Below are positions 40,135 through 49,901 of a stretch of DNA of 64,000 nt, piece after piece; within the stretch, counting starts at the first letter, position 1, and each line of letters opens with the position of its first letter. Origin of the DNA: Prevotella sp. (GTDB lineage: Bacteria > Bacteroidota > Bacteroidia > Bacteroidales > Bacteroidaceae); assembly GCA_020026195.1 (NCBI GenBank), contig JAHHQW010000004.1, positions 6,416 through 70,415 of the forward strand, given 5' to 3'. The notes beneath the pieces are model-generated. The model saw only the letters and a program-made list of their open reading frames with translations. It was not told the DNA's origin and made no database searches. A program made the position numbers and the translations under genes.

Positions 40135-41103
40135 ATGATAAAGTTTATAAAAGATCTTTTCAAGATAGAAAAATCACCTCGTAAGGGACTTCTTCCTTTA
40201 GAGTGGGTTGTTATCGGATATATAATATTTACTACAGTAGTATTACTTTTCACTGCAACAAAGAATCCTGATGTTCCCGAACTTATATTCGGTCGTATTA
40301 AGATTCTGCTGATAACACTTGCTTTATGGATGGTGTACAGAATGATACCATGCCGTTTTATGACGTTTGTACGAATAATTGTACAGATGTCACTTTTAGG
40401 ATGGTGGTATCCTGATACTTACGATATAAACCGCGTATTCCCGAATCTCGACCACATATTTGCACAGTGGGAGCAGGACGTATTCGGATGTCAGCCGGCA
40501 CTGTTATTCTCGCAGTACATATCCAATGGAGTGTTCAGTGAGCTTATGGACATGGGATATGCATCTTATTATCCTATGATTGTGGGTGTTACACTGTTCT
40601 ATTTCTTTTGCAGAAATAAAGATTTCGAGCGTGCTACATTCGTGATAATGGCTTCATTCTTTATATTCTATGTCATTTTCGTGTTAGTTCCAGTTACCGG
40701 ACCACAGTTTTATTATCAGGCAGTAGGGTTGGATGACATTGCAAGAGGTATATTCCCCAATGTACACGATTACTTTTTTTCGCATACAGAATGTCTTGTG
40801 AGTCCAGGTTATCATGAAGGACTGTTCTACGGACTTGTGGAAGATGCCAAGAATGCAGGCGAACGTCCTACGGCAGCATTCCCAAGCAGTCATGTAGGAA
40901 TATCAACAATACTTATGCTTCTGGCATACAAGACAAAGAATAAGAAGTTTGTCTTCATACTTCTTCCTTTCTATGTCCTGATGTTCTTTGCAACATTCTA
41001 TATTCAGGCACATTATGCAATAGATGCCATAGCCGGAATATTTGCTGGTATAATTATATTCCTTATTACGTATAATGTATATTCATTATTTAGTAAAAAA
41101 TAG
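40135..41103 (+). CDS. PAP2-superfamily membrane protein, Aur1/IPC-synthase-like
   Basis: PVTGP, AAFPSSHVG and HYAIDAIAG motifs; multiple TM segments. Confidence 0.85.
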   Translation: MIKFIKDLFKIEKSPRKGLLPLEWVVIGYIIFTTVVLLFTATKNPDVPELIFGRIKILLITLALWMVYRMIPCRFMTFVRIIVQMSLLGWWYPDTYDINRVFPNLDHIFAQWEQDVFGCQPALLFSQYISNGVFSELMDMGYASYYPMIVGVTLFYFFCRNKDFERATFVIMASFFIFYVIFVLVPVTGPQFYYQAVGLDDIARGIFPNVHDYFFSHTECLVSPGYHEGLFYGLVEDAKNAGERPTAAFPSSHVGISTILMLLAYKTKNKKFVFILLPFYVLMFFATFYIQAHYAIDAIAGIFAGIIIFLITYNVYSLFSKK

Positions 41104-41253
41104 AATTAATGTCAGAAATATTATGACGCATTGATGAGCATGATGAATTACCGAAATCTCGGTATTGATGTGTCACGAAAACCATATAGCGTCTGAGAAT
41201 AATACTTCTGAGATATAAATAATAAGAAATCTATAGGAAATAAAATAAAGGAG

Positions 41254-41325
41254 TAGTCCCATTGAGAATCGAACTCAAATCTAATCTTTAGGAGAGATTT
41301 ATTCTATCCATTGAACTATGAGACC
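41254..41325 (-). tRNA. tRNA-Arg(CCT)
   Basis: Minus strand GGTCTCA TA GTTC AATGGATA GAAT A AATCT CTCCTAA AGATT AGAT TTGAG TTCGATT CTCAA TGGGACT A folds as a cloverleaf with anticodon CCT; no encoded CCA; TATCTTTG -7 element at 41362-41369 (minus). Confidence 0.93.
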
Positions 41326-41424
41326 CCGATAATGCTTGTTAAAAGCACATGTTATCTGATGCAAAGATAATATAAAGTGTCGGAATTACAAAATAATAAG
41401 TTGGTTTAAATTTATCACAGATAC

Positions 41425-41466
41425 AATCTGCAGAACGACCCATAACGTCTTTTCTGCAGATTTTTT
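41425..41466 (+). terminator. Orphan terminator-like hairpin between the tRNA and sulP
   Basis: AATCTGCAGAA...TTCTGCAGATT followed by a T run. Confidence 0.55.
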
Positions 41467-41675
41467 ATTTGTATTAAGTGCTGTATTAACGTAAAAATCG
41501 TTCGTTTCCAAGTATCATAACTTGTTTGTACATATAAAAATGTTACTATTATGTAATAATTTGTTATGATTCTTTAAAAAGTTAATCGTTAAATACATAT
41601 TTATTATATACCTTTGCACCTTCATTTTTCAAAAGGTTTAGTTTAATTTACTTAATTACAGGGTGTTTAGTTTAT

Positions 41676-43361
41676 ATGGACAAATTTAGTTTTAAGCCAA
41701 GTTTGCTTAAGTCCCTTCGTTCTTACGACAAAAAGAAGTTTGCTGCCGATGCAATGGCAGGTTTAATTGTTGGTATCGTAGCCCTTCCGTTAGCGATAGC
41801 ATTTGGTATAGCCTCAGGTGTATCGCCGGAGAAAGGTATCATAACAGCTGTCGTTGCAGGTTTCCTTATTTCTGTCTTTGGTGGCAGTAAGGTGCAGATT
41901 GGCGGTCCTACAGGTGCATTCATCGTTATTATATACGGAATCATCCAGCAGTTCGGACTTTCCGGACTTATGATAGCCACTATGCTTGCCGGAGTATTCC
42001 TTGTACTTTTAGGAATGTTCCGTCTTGGAACCATCATCAAGTTTATACCTTATCCTATTGTAGTAGGATTCACAAGCGGTATTGCAGTAACCATCTTTAC
42101 AACACAGATAAAAGACCTCTTTGGTCTTACCATTGACGAACTGCCTGCCGACTTTATTTCAAAATGGGGTACATACTTTACACATTTAGACACGATAGAC
42201 TTACCGTCTACCATTATAGGTATTCTGAGTATCATTATAATAGCTCTTACTCCAAAGGTTTCTAAGAAGATTCCAGGTTCGCTCGTTGCTATTGTAGTTA
42301 TGACACTTGCAGCCTATCTCTTAAATATATATGGCGGAATAACATCTATAAAGACCATCGGTTCGTTCTATCCCGACATCAAGGCACAGATACCAGAGCT
42401 TACCGTTCCCGACATCACATGGGAACAGATGAAGCTCCTTTTCCCCACGGCACTTACAATAGCAGTGCTTGGCGCTATAGAATCGCTTCTTTCGGCTACT
42501 GTTGCCGATGGTGTGTGTGGCGACCATCATGACTCTAATCAGGAACTTATCGGTTTGGGAATTGCCAATTTCTGTACACCTCTGTTCGGAGGTATTCCTG
42601 CTACCGGAGCCATTGCGCGTACCATGACAAATATCAACAATGGTGGTAAAACGCCTGTTGCCGGTATTATTCATGCACTTACGCTTCTGCTTATCTTCCT
42701 TGTTCTTATGCCCCTTGCAGCTTACATCCCGATGGCATGTCTTGCCGGTGTTCTGGTAGTCGTGTCGTATAACATGAGCGGATGGAGAACATTCCGTGAG
42801 CTTATGAATAATCCCAAGAGCGATATTACAGTGCTGCTCATAACATTCTTCCTTACGGTGATATTCGACCTTACTATTGCCATCGAGGTCGGCATGGTGA
42901 TTGCCTGTCTGTTGTTCATGCGCCGTATGGCAGAGACAACACAGATAAAGGTTATTGCTGATGAGATAGACCCGAACGATGAGAGCGACATGAAGTTCAC
43001 AGAAGAGGAACATCTTATAATTCCAGATAACGTAGAAGTTTATGAGATTAACGGTCCGTATTTCTTTGGTATCGCCAATAAGTTCGAGGATCTTATGGCT
43101 GCAATGGACGACCATCCGAAGGTTCGTGTAATTCGTATGCGACGTGTTCCTTTCATCGATTCTACAGGTATTCATAACCTTCGTACGCTGTGCGAGATGA
43201 GTCATCATGAAGGAACGCAGATTGTACTTTCGGGTGTTACTCCAAATGTATATGCGGTGCTCGAACATTCAGGATTCTGTAATCTGTTAGGTAAGGAATA
43301 TATCTGTCCTAACATCAACGTGGCGCTCGACAGGGCTGCCGAGCTGGTTAAGAAGTTATAA
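41676..43361 (+). CDS. SulP/SLC26-family anion permease with STAS domain
   Basis: AGLIVGIVALPLAIAF, QIGGPTGA, ESLLSA, TGAIART, STAS motifs GPYFFG / FIDSTG; TACCTTTG at 41609. Confidence 0.95.
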   Translation: MDKFSFKPSLLKSLRSYDKKKFAADAMAGLIVGIVALPLAIAFGIASGVSPEKGIITAVVAGFLISVFGGSKVQIGGPTGAFIVIIYGIIQQFGLSGLMIATMLAGVFLVLLGMFRLGTIIKFIPYPIVVGFTSGIAVTIFTTQIKDLFGLTIDELPADFISKWGTYFTHLDTIDLPSTIIGILSIIIIALTPKVSKKIPGSLVAIVVMTLAAYLLNIYGGITSIKTIGSFYPDIKAQIPELTVPDITWEQMKLLFPTALTIAVLGAIESLLSATVADGVCGDHHDSNQELIGLGIANFCTPLFGGIPATGAIARTMTNINNGGKTPVAGIIHALTLLLIFLVLMPLAAYIPMACLAGVLVVVSYNMSGWRTFRELMNNPKSDITVLLITFFLTVIFDLTIAIEVGMVIACLLFMRRMAETTQIKVIADEIDPNDESDMKFTEEEHLIIPDNVEVYEINGPYFFGIANKFEDLMAAMDDHPKVRVIRMRRVPFIDSTGIHNLRTLCEMSHHEGTQIVLSGVTPNVYAVLEHSGFCNLLGKEYICPNINVALDRAAELVKKL

Positions 43362-43371
43362 TCATTAATAT

Positions 43372-43409
43372 ACGGCTATGCAACATAAATCAGTGCATAG
43401 CCGTTTTTT
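43372..43409 (+). terminator. Intrinsic terminator after sulP
   Basis: ACGGCTATGCA...TGCATAGCCGT followed by TTTTT. Confidence 0.75.
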
Positions 43410-43570
43410 ATGCCCTTAAAATGCGTAATATGACGATTGTGTAAACTATATTAACGCGGTTTTTTGAATATTCTTAAACGAGAATATATTTGTCCGAAAT
43501 AAGCAAAAGACAACACGCATATTTTTATATCCTTTTTCGGCAAATTACCTTTGTGTTTGGCAGTACCGGC

Positions 43571-43660
43571 CTTGTAAACATACGTGTGTTTACAAACTTA
43601 TACACGTGTGTTATTAATGCAGTTATACGAGTGTCTGCTTAGTAAAGACACATATTTCTT
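43571..43660. repeat. Degenerate 22-23-bp-period palindromic intergenic repeat (ACGTGT core)
   Basis: ACGTGTG at 43582 and 43604, ACGAGTG at 43627; near-palindrome TTGTAAACATACGTGTGTTTACAA at 43572-43595. Confidence 0.5.
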
Positions 43661-43827
43661 ATCATTAAAAATACTGTTCCGTAGAAAAAATGAAGTCTTT
43701 TACGTGAACAGCATGCTTCTGTCATTATATTTAAGCATGAACGATACTAAAAATTTGTATTAACGCATTTTTTAGAGAAAATGTGTTCTGTGATAAATAC
43801 TTAACAAAAGCATCAATGTTGTTCGTT

Positions 43828-44958
43828 TTACTGTAGCAGATGATATATGCCGCCGGGAAGACTTTTAATGACTCCTTTAAGTTCAAGTTCGAACAAGAAC
43901 GCATTAATCTTATTGAATGCAATTCCTGAGTTTATTGCAAGAAAATTTATCTGCTGGTCGTTATTCTTCCTAAGAGCATTTACAATCTTCGTTTCATCCT
44001 CGTTAAGTTCGGGGAATAAAGAACGTTCTATTCCTTGTTCTCTTGCTTTCTGCAGTGCAATGTCTTCATCCCAGCACATCTGCTTTACGAAATCCTCTGC
44101 CGACGTAATCAGTGCGGCCTCGTTGCTTCGTATGGCATTGTTGCATCCTTCCGAATACACATCTCCGACACGTCCCGGAAAGGCAAAGACATCGCGATTG
44201 TAACTCTTTGATATTCCCGTGGTGAGCAGACCTCCGCCTTTAGCTGCCGATTCCACCAATATGCATGCATCTGATATTCCCGCTACTATACGGTTTCGGC
44301 TTACAAAGTTACGCTTGTCAGCATTGGTACCGCTCATAAATTCAGTAAGCAGACCTCCGTGTTTAAGCATCTCCACAGCCGTGCTGCGGTGGCGCGGAGG
44401 GTAGAGGTAGTCAAGTCCGTGGGCAAGGATACCCACTGTGTCGAATCCATTTTCCAGGGCGCTGCGATGTGCACATATATCCACACCGTAAGCCAGTCCG
44501 CTTACTATCAGCGTGTCGGGACACATCTGTTTCAGATCTCTTACGAAATTCCTTATAAGGTCCTGTCCGTATATGGTGCACCGGCGCGTACCTACAATAT
44601 TTATTACACGTCGGCGGTTAAGGTCGGCAGAGCCTTTGTAATAAAGAATAAGCGGTGCGTCGCTGCACTCTTTCATTCGCTGCGGATAACGCGCATCGCT
44701 TATGCTTAGAATTTCTATCTTATTCTTCGTGGCAAATTCCATTTCGGCTTCCACGCGTGGCCAGACCTCATCAATAGAGTTCAGACCTCTTATAATCCTG
44801 TCAGAACAATAGGGCAGGGTGTCTTTGATGTTGTTTCTGTTTTCGATAATGTCGGTTGCCGAGCCGAAAGCTTCATAAAGTTCATGCAGACCGGCGATGT
44901 TGTAAAAATTGACTCTTGTGAGAGCCATTGCGCACATTATCTCTTTCTCATTTGTCAT
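43828..44958 (-). CDS. dprA: DNA-processing protein DprA
   Basis: IVGTRRCTIYG, VSGLAYGVD, RNRIVAG, ESAAKGG, VFAFPG, C-terminal winged helix LELKG. Confidence 0.95.
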   Translation of the reverse strand: MTNEKEIMCAMALTRVNFYNIAGLHELYEAFGSATDIIENRNNIKDTLPYCSDRIIRGLNSIDEVWPRVEAEMEFATKNKIEILSISDARYPQRMKECSDAPLILYYKGSADLNRRRVINIVGTRRCTIYGQDLIRNFVRDLKQMCPDTLIVSGLAYGVDICAHRSALENGFDTVGILAHGLDYLYPPRHRSTAVEMLKHGGLLTEFMSGTNADKRNFVSRNRIVAGISDACILVESAAKGGGLLTTGISKSYNRDVFAFPGRVGDVYSEGCNNAIRSNEAALITSAEDFVKQMCWDEDIALQKAREQGIERSLFPELNEDETKIVNALRKNNDQQINFLAINSGIAFNKINAFLFELELKGVIKSLPGGIYHLLQ

Positions 44959-45353
44959 TTTTCTCCGATTAAAGCCCTCGTGTAATCCTCGCTGTCGCAG
45001 AGTTTACCATCCTGAAGGCATACCAGTGTTGTCTTACATCTGAAGCTCAGACGATTGTCAGATGCGCGGTATATGTCCTGATAGAAGATAAATTTGATAC
45101 CTTCTTTTTCAACGTTCAGGCACGATATGAACTCGTCATCGCACTTCAGAGCTGTTTTAAACTGCATCTCCATACGAGCCACTACGGCATCCACACCCTT
45201 GTTGTGCATATCGGCAAAGCTCAGGTTACGTTCCTTTAGGAACAGATGGCGTGTGTGTTCGGTGTAATGAAGATAATTGGCATTATTAACTATACCTTCG
45301 ATATCGCATTCGTAATCGCGCACTTCCATGCGTGCTTCAAACATGTAATTCAT
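44955..45353 (-). CDS. Acyl-CoA thioesterase (4HBT/YbgC-like hotdog fold)
   Basis: VRDYECDIEGIVNNANYLHYTEHTR; ATGA overlaps at both ends. Confidence 0.88.
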   Translation of the reverse strand: MNYMFEARMEVRDYECDIEGIVNNANYLHYTEHTRHLFLKERNLSFADMHNKGVDAVVARMEMQFKTALKCDDEFISCLNVEKEGIKFIFYQDIYRASDNRLSFRCKTTLVCLQDGKLCDSEDYTRALIGEK

Positions 45354-46651
45354 ACTTTAAACTTTTTCAGATATTCGTAACCAATGCGACATCTAAGACA
45401 GTTCTTTGTGTCGCAGTATTCTTTCTTTAACTGTATCAGCGCCTGACTGTCTCCGGCGCATTTTATTTCCAGACCGCACATTCGCCACATACGTGTTATG
45501 TAGTTGTTTTCGGCCTTTAGTCCCTCAAGTATGTTGAGAGCTCTTTCACAGAGACTTTCATCTCCGCGATGTCTGCCGTATGCAAACATTATTGGAACAG
45601 CAGTGTTGATTATCAGAAGATTAAGCGATGTGTCAGACAGACTTTTGGTAGTCTTGCAGCTTGTACTTCCGAATGTGTAATGAGTTTCCCAGTAAGGAGT
45701 GACGTCTGTTTCAAGAACCTGTTTCAGTTCGTCGGCACTGCTGCATTCTATTATGTCTGCAAGGTCGGCCTTGCGCGAGCAGTAAAGGTTTGCAATCTGC
45801 GAAATCCTTATGTGAGGAAAGTTCTGCGGGCGGAGTCTTAGAAACTTCCATAGGTTTCTGTCCATAGGTTTAAGCCCGTATTTATTAGCAAGGAAATGGT
45901 ATTCGTTCTTTAGTTTTTCAAAATATCCTTCCTTAACGGCATTTTCTAAATAAATAGGTTGTACGGCCTCTTCCGTAAGCAGTCCGGCCTGTCCCATGAG
46001 CATGGCTTCTATCTGTATAATATTGTCTCGCTGGTGTGCCGCGCAGTTGAGTGGAATCTTTGAAGCCAGCATCTCAAAAGCATCACCGTTTATTCCGAAA
46101 CCATAATTACGTGTCAGAGTCATGAAGTAAGCCTTTTCCCACGAACCGTCAGACATCTTTACTCTTTTAAGAATGTCGTTGGTCTTTCTCTCAAGACGTT
46201 CTGCAACAAGCGAACTCAGCCAGAAATGAATGTCGATGATAGGAATCTGTGGAATTATTGCATAACATGGCGGATACTTGTCTTCTTCTAAAAGATGATG
46301 GTAGTTAGAGTAAATTTCTTCAGGAATGTGCAGTTCCATCTGTGGCAGACTGCGTCCCGACTGTGTTATTACGTCAGTGTCTGCATCATCAGTTACGTGC
46401 AGTATTACATTGTTATAAGCCTCGTCCTTGTCATGTCCGTGAACATACCATTCTGACGACTTCATGTGAATCTCGACGTTTCCCACCCATACGGTGTCGT
46501 CTATCTTAATTTTTGCATTGAAGAAATCAGGACCAGAATCATTGTTCTGTAATCCGACATCGATTATTTCAACGTTTTTCCCGTCTGTAGTGCTTAATGC
46601 ATGTAACGGAAAAAGCTTATGTTTCCAAACGTATTGTAAAAGTTTTTCCAT
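45350..46651 (-). CDS. DUF2851-family protein
   Basis: MEKLLQYVW, GPDFFNA, GNVEIH, HGHDKD, LRLRPQNFP, YC...NCLRCRIG. Confidence 0.8.
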   Translation of the reverse strand: MEKLLQYVWKHKLFPLHALSTTDGKNVEIIDVGLQNNDSGPDFFNAKIKIDDTVWVGNVEIHMKSSEWYVHGHDKDEAYNNVILHVTDDADTDVITQSGRSLPQMELHIPEEIYSNYHHLLEEDKYPPCYAIIPQIPIIDIHFWLSSLVAERLERKTNDILKRVKMSDGSWEKAYFMTLTRNYGFGINGDAFEMLASKIPLNCAAHQRDNIIQIEAMLMGQAGLLTEEAVQPIYLENAVKEGYFEKLKNEYHFLANKYGLKPMDRNLWKFLRLRPQNFPHIRISQIANLYCSRKADLADIIECSSADELKQVLETDVTPYWETHYTFGSTSCKTTKSLSDTSLNLLIINTAVPIMFAYGRHRGDESLCERALNILEGLKAENNYITRMWRMCGLEIKCAGDSQALIQLKKEYCDTKNCLRCRIGYEYLKKFKV

Positions 46652-46688
46652 TAATCATTTAAGATATCCGTATGGGAAGATGGTGCGG

Positions 46689-47456
46689 TTACAGTCTGTA
46701 AATCACACCAAGAGAGCCAAATATCGGATATAGGGTAGGGTCTATGGTCTTGAAATCGCTGTGATGGATTCCGCTGAGACCCCAGTTTATTTCGGCATAC
46801 GCACCCCACAGGTTCGTAAACTGCCAGTCGGCACCTGCCGAAAAACCATACTGTATGCGGCGCATGTGGTCGGAAAAGTCGAACACACCGTGAGCTCCGT
46901 CCTTTCCGCCCATCTCTACTTTCGGACCTGTAGGACGATCAACTCTCAGATGACCGTTGTAAACGTATCCGCTGAATTCCTTTGACAGAAGAACAGACAC
47001 GTACGGACCTGCATGAAGCTGGAAGTTTTTGCTTATGTCGTATGTAGCCATAACAGGCAGCGTTATCATAAACTGCTTTACCTTGCACACGTTATGGCCG
47101 GTATATGTACCAGAAAGAGACTGACCGCCCATGACGATATCTACATAGTAGTTCTTTACTCTTGCATCTACCTCCATGTCCTTGTATTCGAATCGGAAAC
47201 CTGACATCAGTCCCCATCGTCCTTCAAGTTTATGCTTGCCGTTGATAGATATTATGACATTGGGCTGAAGCGTGTATTTGTGCAGTCCGCGGATTGTCGC
47301 AGGCATATTTATCGGAGCTGTACCGCCGATGTTATAACCTAAACGCACGTCATACTTAACGCTGTCCTTATAAAGTTTTATCTTTCCTGCTGCCGGGATA
47401 CAAATCAGCATCATGAGCAGCATGGCAAATATATTTCTTATTTTCTGAGTTTTCAT
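46689..47456 (-). CDS. Outer-membrane beta-barrel (porin/PorT-like) protein
   Basis: Signal peptide, GYNIGGTAP, ITLPV...GPYVS, C-terminal LGVIYRL; ATG 47456 overlaps the upstream stop (ATGA). Confidence 0.7.
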   Translation of the reverse strand: MKTQKIRNIFAMLLMMLICIPAAGKIKLYKDSVKYDVRLGYNIGGTAPINMPATIRGLHKYTLQPNVIISINGKHKLEGRWGLMSGFRFEYKDMEVDARVKNYYVDIVMGGQSLSGTYTGHNVCKVKQFMITLPVMATYDISKNFQLHAGPYVSVLLSKEFSGYVYNGHLRVDRPTGPKVEMGGKDGAHGVFDFSDHMRRIQYGFSAGADWQFTNLWGAYAEINWGLSGIHHSDFKTIDPTLYPIFGSLGVIYRL

Positions 47457-48604
47457 TGTGCACATATAACTTTTACTTTATCAACCATAAGAGTACTTCC
47501 GATGGCTCCTTCAAATAAGTCGCCCATATAGCTTGATGAGAACACGAGTGTAAAGCTGTATCCCTTGTTAAGCAGAATTTCTTCGTCTATCTCCTTATAG
47601 TAATCGTATGTAATCTCGAACGGAGTCCATTCCTCAGTAAGGTTAATGTCACGCATGTCAGCATAGGCTACTATATACTTGCTGTCCTTAATGTCGTGAC
47701 CGTTAAGTACTACGTCGTTGCCGTTTTCATCTTTGTTGCGGTACATCACCGAATAAATGGCGGCATGATCTTTCTTGTCAGAAATTACATTTAGATGTTT
47801 GTCCTTATATACATCTCCCGGTCTGTACTTATAGTATCCAGTGAATTTAATAGGCTTCTTATCAAACTTAACGCCAAATGTAGTTGCTTTTCTTCCGTCA
47901 GAAAGTGCCGGACCAACATCGAATTTTCCTAAGAACAGGTTACCGGCTGCTATAGGCATGCCTACCGATTCGCCAAGTTTGCCGGTGCTTCTTGTCTCAA
48001 GTTTTACGCATGCACCGTCAAGACCGCCGTCGCTGATGGCAACACTGGGGTATTCTTCAGGTTTTGCGTTGCTATGACTTAGTTTGAATCCTGCATTTCC
48101 GCTCGACCATGCATATTTCAGTTCGTCTGTGTCGTATTTGTTAATCCATATATAGTAGGAATTATTCTTTATTTCATAGTCTTCGAAATCAAAGCACAGT
48201 GTGTCTTTAGATGTCTTTGATGTTGTATTGAACGATACCATGTATGTTCTGTGATAATTCCCGTCTTCTGAAACAAGGTTATACTTTACAGGACCATTGC
48301 TGAAGTCGTGTACGGAACCATTCTCCGGTGTGATTTTTGCACCAGGAGTTATCGTAAAGATAGGAGCCATTGCCGTAACGTCTGCACCGGGGCGTATCCA
48401 GAATTTTATTTCGTTTACATCCGACGGAATTACTAATAAAGTATCGTTTGCATCATAGAATAAAGATTGTGGATTGTCGGTATGAATGCGTGCTGTCTCT
48501 ATGTCACACTCCTGGTTGAGTGGCTCTTCCTTAAAACAAGAGGACAAAAGTGCTGTAAATGAGAAGCACAGCATGATAAATTTTATTGCGTTAAATATGC
48601 GCAT
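47453..48604 (-). CDS. PCMD-domain lipoprotein
   Basis: Lipobox LLSSC; Ig-like APIFTITPGAKITP; WSSGNAGF, IAAGNLFLG, FSSS..GD.F.GAIGSTL; -7 element at 48632-48639 places the start at 48604. Confidence 0.75.
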   Translation of the reverse strand: MRIFNAIKFIMLCFSFTALLSSCFKEEPLNQECDIETARIHTDNPQSLFYDANDTLLVIPSDVNEIKFWIRPGADVTAMAPIFTITPGAKITPENGSVHDFSNGPVKYNLVSEDGNYHRTYMVSFNTTSKTSKDTLCFDFEDYEIKNNSYYIWINKYDTDELKYAWSSGNAGFKLSHSNAKPEEYPSVAISDGGLDGACVKLETRSTGKLGESVGMPIAAGNLFLGKFDVGPALSDGRKATTFGVKFDKKPIKFTGYYKYRPGDVYKDKHLNVISDKKDHAAIYSVMYRNKDENGNDVVLNGHDIKDSKYIVAYADMRDINLTEEWTPFEITYDYYKEIDEEILLNKGYSFTLVFSSSYMGDLFEGAIGSTLMVDKVKVICAQ

Positions 48605-48820
48605 AAGTTCAATTTTTATATTTTTATCTCGCAAAGATAGAGCAAAAACTTCTTTTTTCCAAACATAATAGGCATGTAATACATAAATATACTGAAAATG
48701 TAGTTATATATTTAATTTACAGGGCTTATCTTATATTTTTACTACAGCATACATTTTCTTTACATACACACTGATTATTTGCCTAAAAAGCTATACTTTT
48801 GCATCATCACAGAAGTTTTT

Positions 48821-49801
48821 ATGAAAATAGGAAATATAGAATTCGACAAATATCCGGTATTCCTTGCTCCGATGGAAGATGTCACCGACATCGGATTCCG
48901 TCTGTTATGTAAACGTTATGGTGCGTCCATGGTGTATACAGAGTTTGTGAGTGCAGAAGCTCTGGTAAGATCAATAAAGAGCACCATGACAAAACTTACA
49001 ATTTCAGAGGACGAACGTCCTGTAGGCATACAGATATATGGCCGCGATGCTGATGCTATGGTGGAGGCAGCGAAGATTGTGGAAGAGGCTCATCCAGACA
49101 TAATAGATCTAAACTTTGGATGTCCCGTCAAAAAGGTTGCAGGCAAGGGCGCTGGTGCCGGAATGCTTAAGAACATACCTCTCATGCTTGACATAACGCG
49201 TCGTGTCGTGGATGCCGTAAAGGCCCCCGTAACAGTAAAGACACGTCTCGGATGGGATAATAACAATCTGATTATCACAGATCTTGCCGAGCAGTTACAA
49301 GACTGTGGCATACAGGCTCTTACCATTCATGGAAGAACACGTGCGCAGATGTACACAGGTGATGCTGACTGGACTCTCATTGGCGAAGTTAAGAAGAATC
49401 CGAGAATTCATATTCCAATAATAGGTAATGGCGACATTACATCACCAGAACAGACAAAGGAAGCGTTTGAGAAATATGGTGTTGATGCCGTAATGATAGG
49501 ACGCGCTACTTTTGGTCGTCCGTGGATATTCAAGGAAATAAGAGATTATCTGGATGGAAAACCCGTGGACGAGACTCTTGACTTTAATAAAAAACTTGAC
49601 ATTCTCGAAGAACAGCTGCGCATTAATGTTGAACGAATTGACGAGTATCGCGGTATAATACATACGCGCAGACATCTTGCTGCAACTCCTCTGTTTAAAG
49701 GTATTCCAGACTTCCGTCAGACTCGTATTGCAATGTTGAGAGCAGGAAAGATGGATGAACTTATGGATATATTAGAAGACGTGAGAAAAAGACTCGGATA
49801 A
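48821..49801 (+). CDS. dusB: tRNA-dihydrouridine synthase B
   Basis: LAPMEDVTD, IDLNFGCPVKKV, TVKTRLG, IHGRT, GNGDI, MIGRA; start at ATG 48821 after TACTTTTG (48794). Confidence 0.93.
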   Translation: MKIGNIEFDKYPVFLAPMEDVTDIGFRLLCKRYGASMVYTEFVSAEALVRSIKSTMTKLTISEDERPVGIQIYGRDADAMVEAAKIVEEAHPDIIDLNFGCPVKKVAGKGAGAGMLKNIPLMLDITRRVVDAVKAPVTVKTRLGWDNNNLIITDLAEQLQDCGIQALTIHGRTRAQMYTGDADWTLIGEVKKNPRIHIPIIGNGDITSPEQTKEAFEKYGVDAVMIGRATFGRPWIFKEIRDYLDGKPVDETLDFNKKLDILEEQLRINVERIDEYRGIIHTRRHLAATPLFKGIPDFRQTRIAMLRAGKMDELMDILEDVRKRLG

Positions 49802-49847
49802 CTTATATTCTATAGTAAAGCAAGATAAAAAGTATTACTAAAATATG

Positions 49848-49890
49848 AAAGCGGACAGTTTAAGAACATTCTTTTACTGTCCGCTTTTTT
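49848..49890. terminator. Bidirectional terminator between dusB and cobB
   Basis: AAAGCGGACAGT...ACTGTCCGCTTTTTT. Confidence 0.7.
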
Positions 49891-49901
49891 ATTGACTGCT
49901 T

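Noticed and set aside
41254..41325. tRNA-Arg as an occupied integration site
   Set aside because: No integrase and no duplicated tRNA 3' end seen in the window.
42321..43268. 315-aa minus-strand ORF
   Set aside because: Antisense shadow of sulP. The same reasoning applies to the many shorter ORFs nested in polA, leuS, mutS and others.
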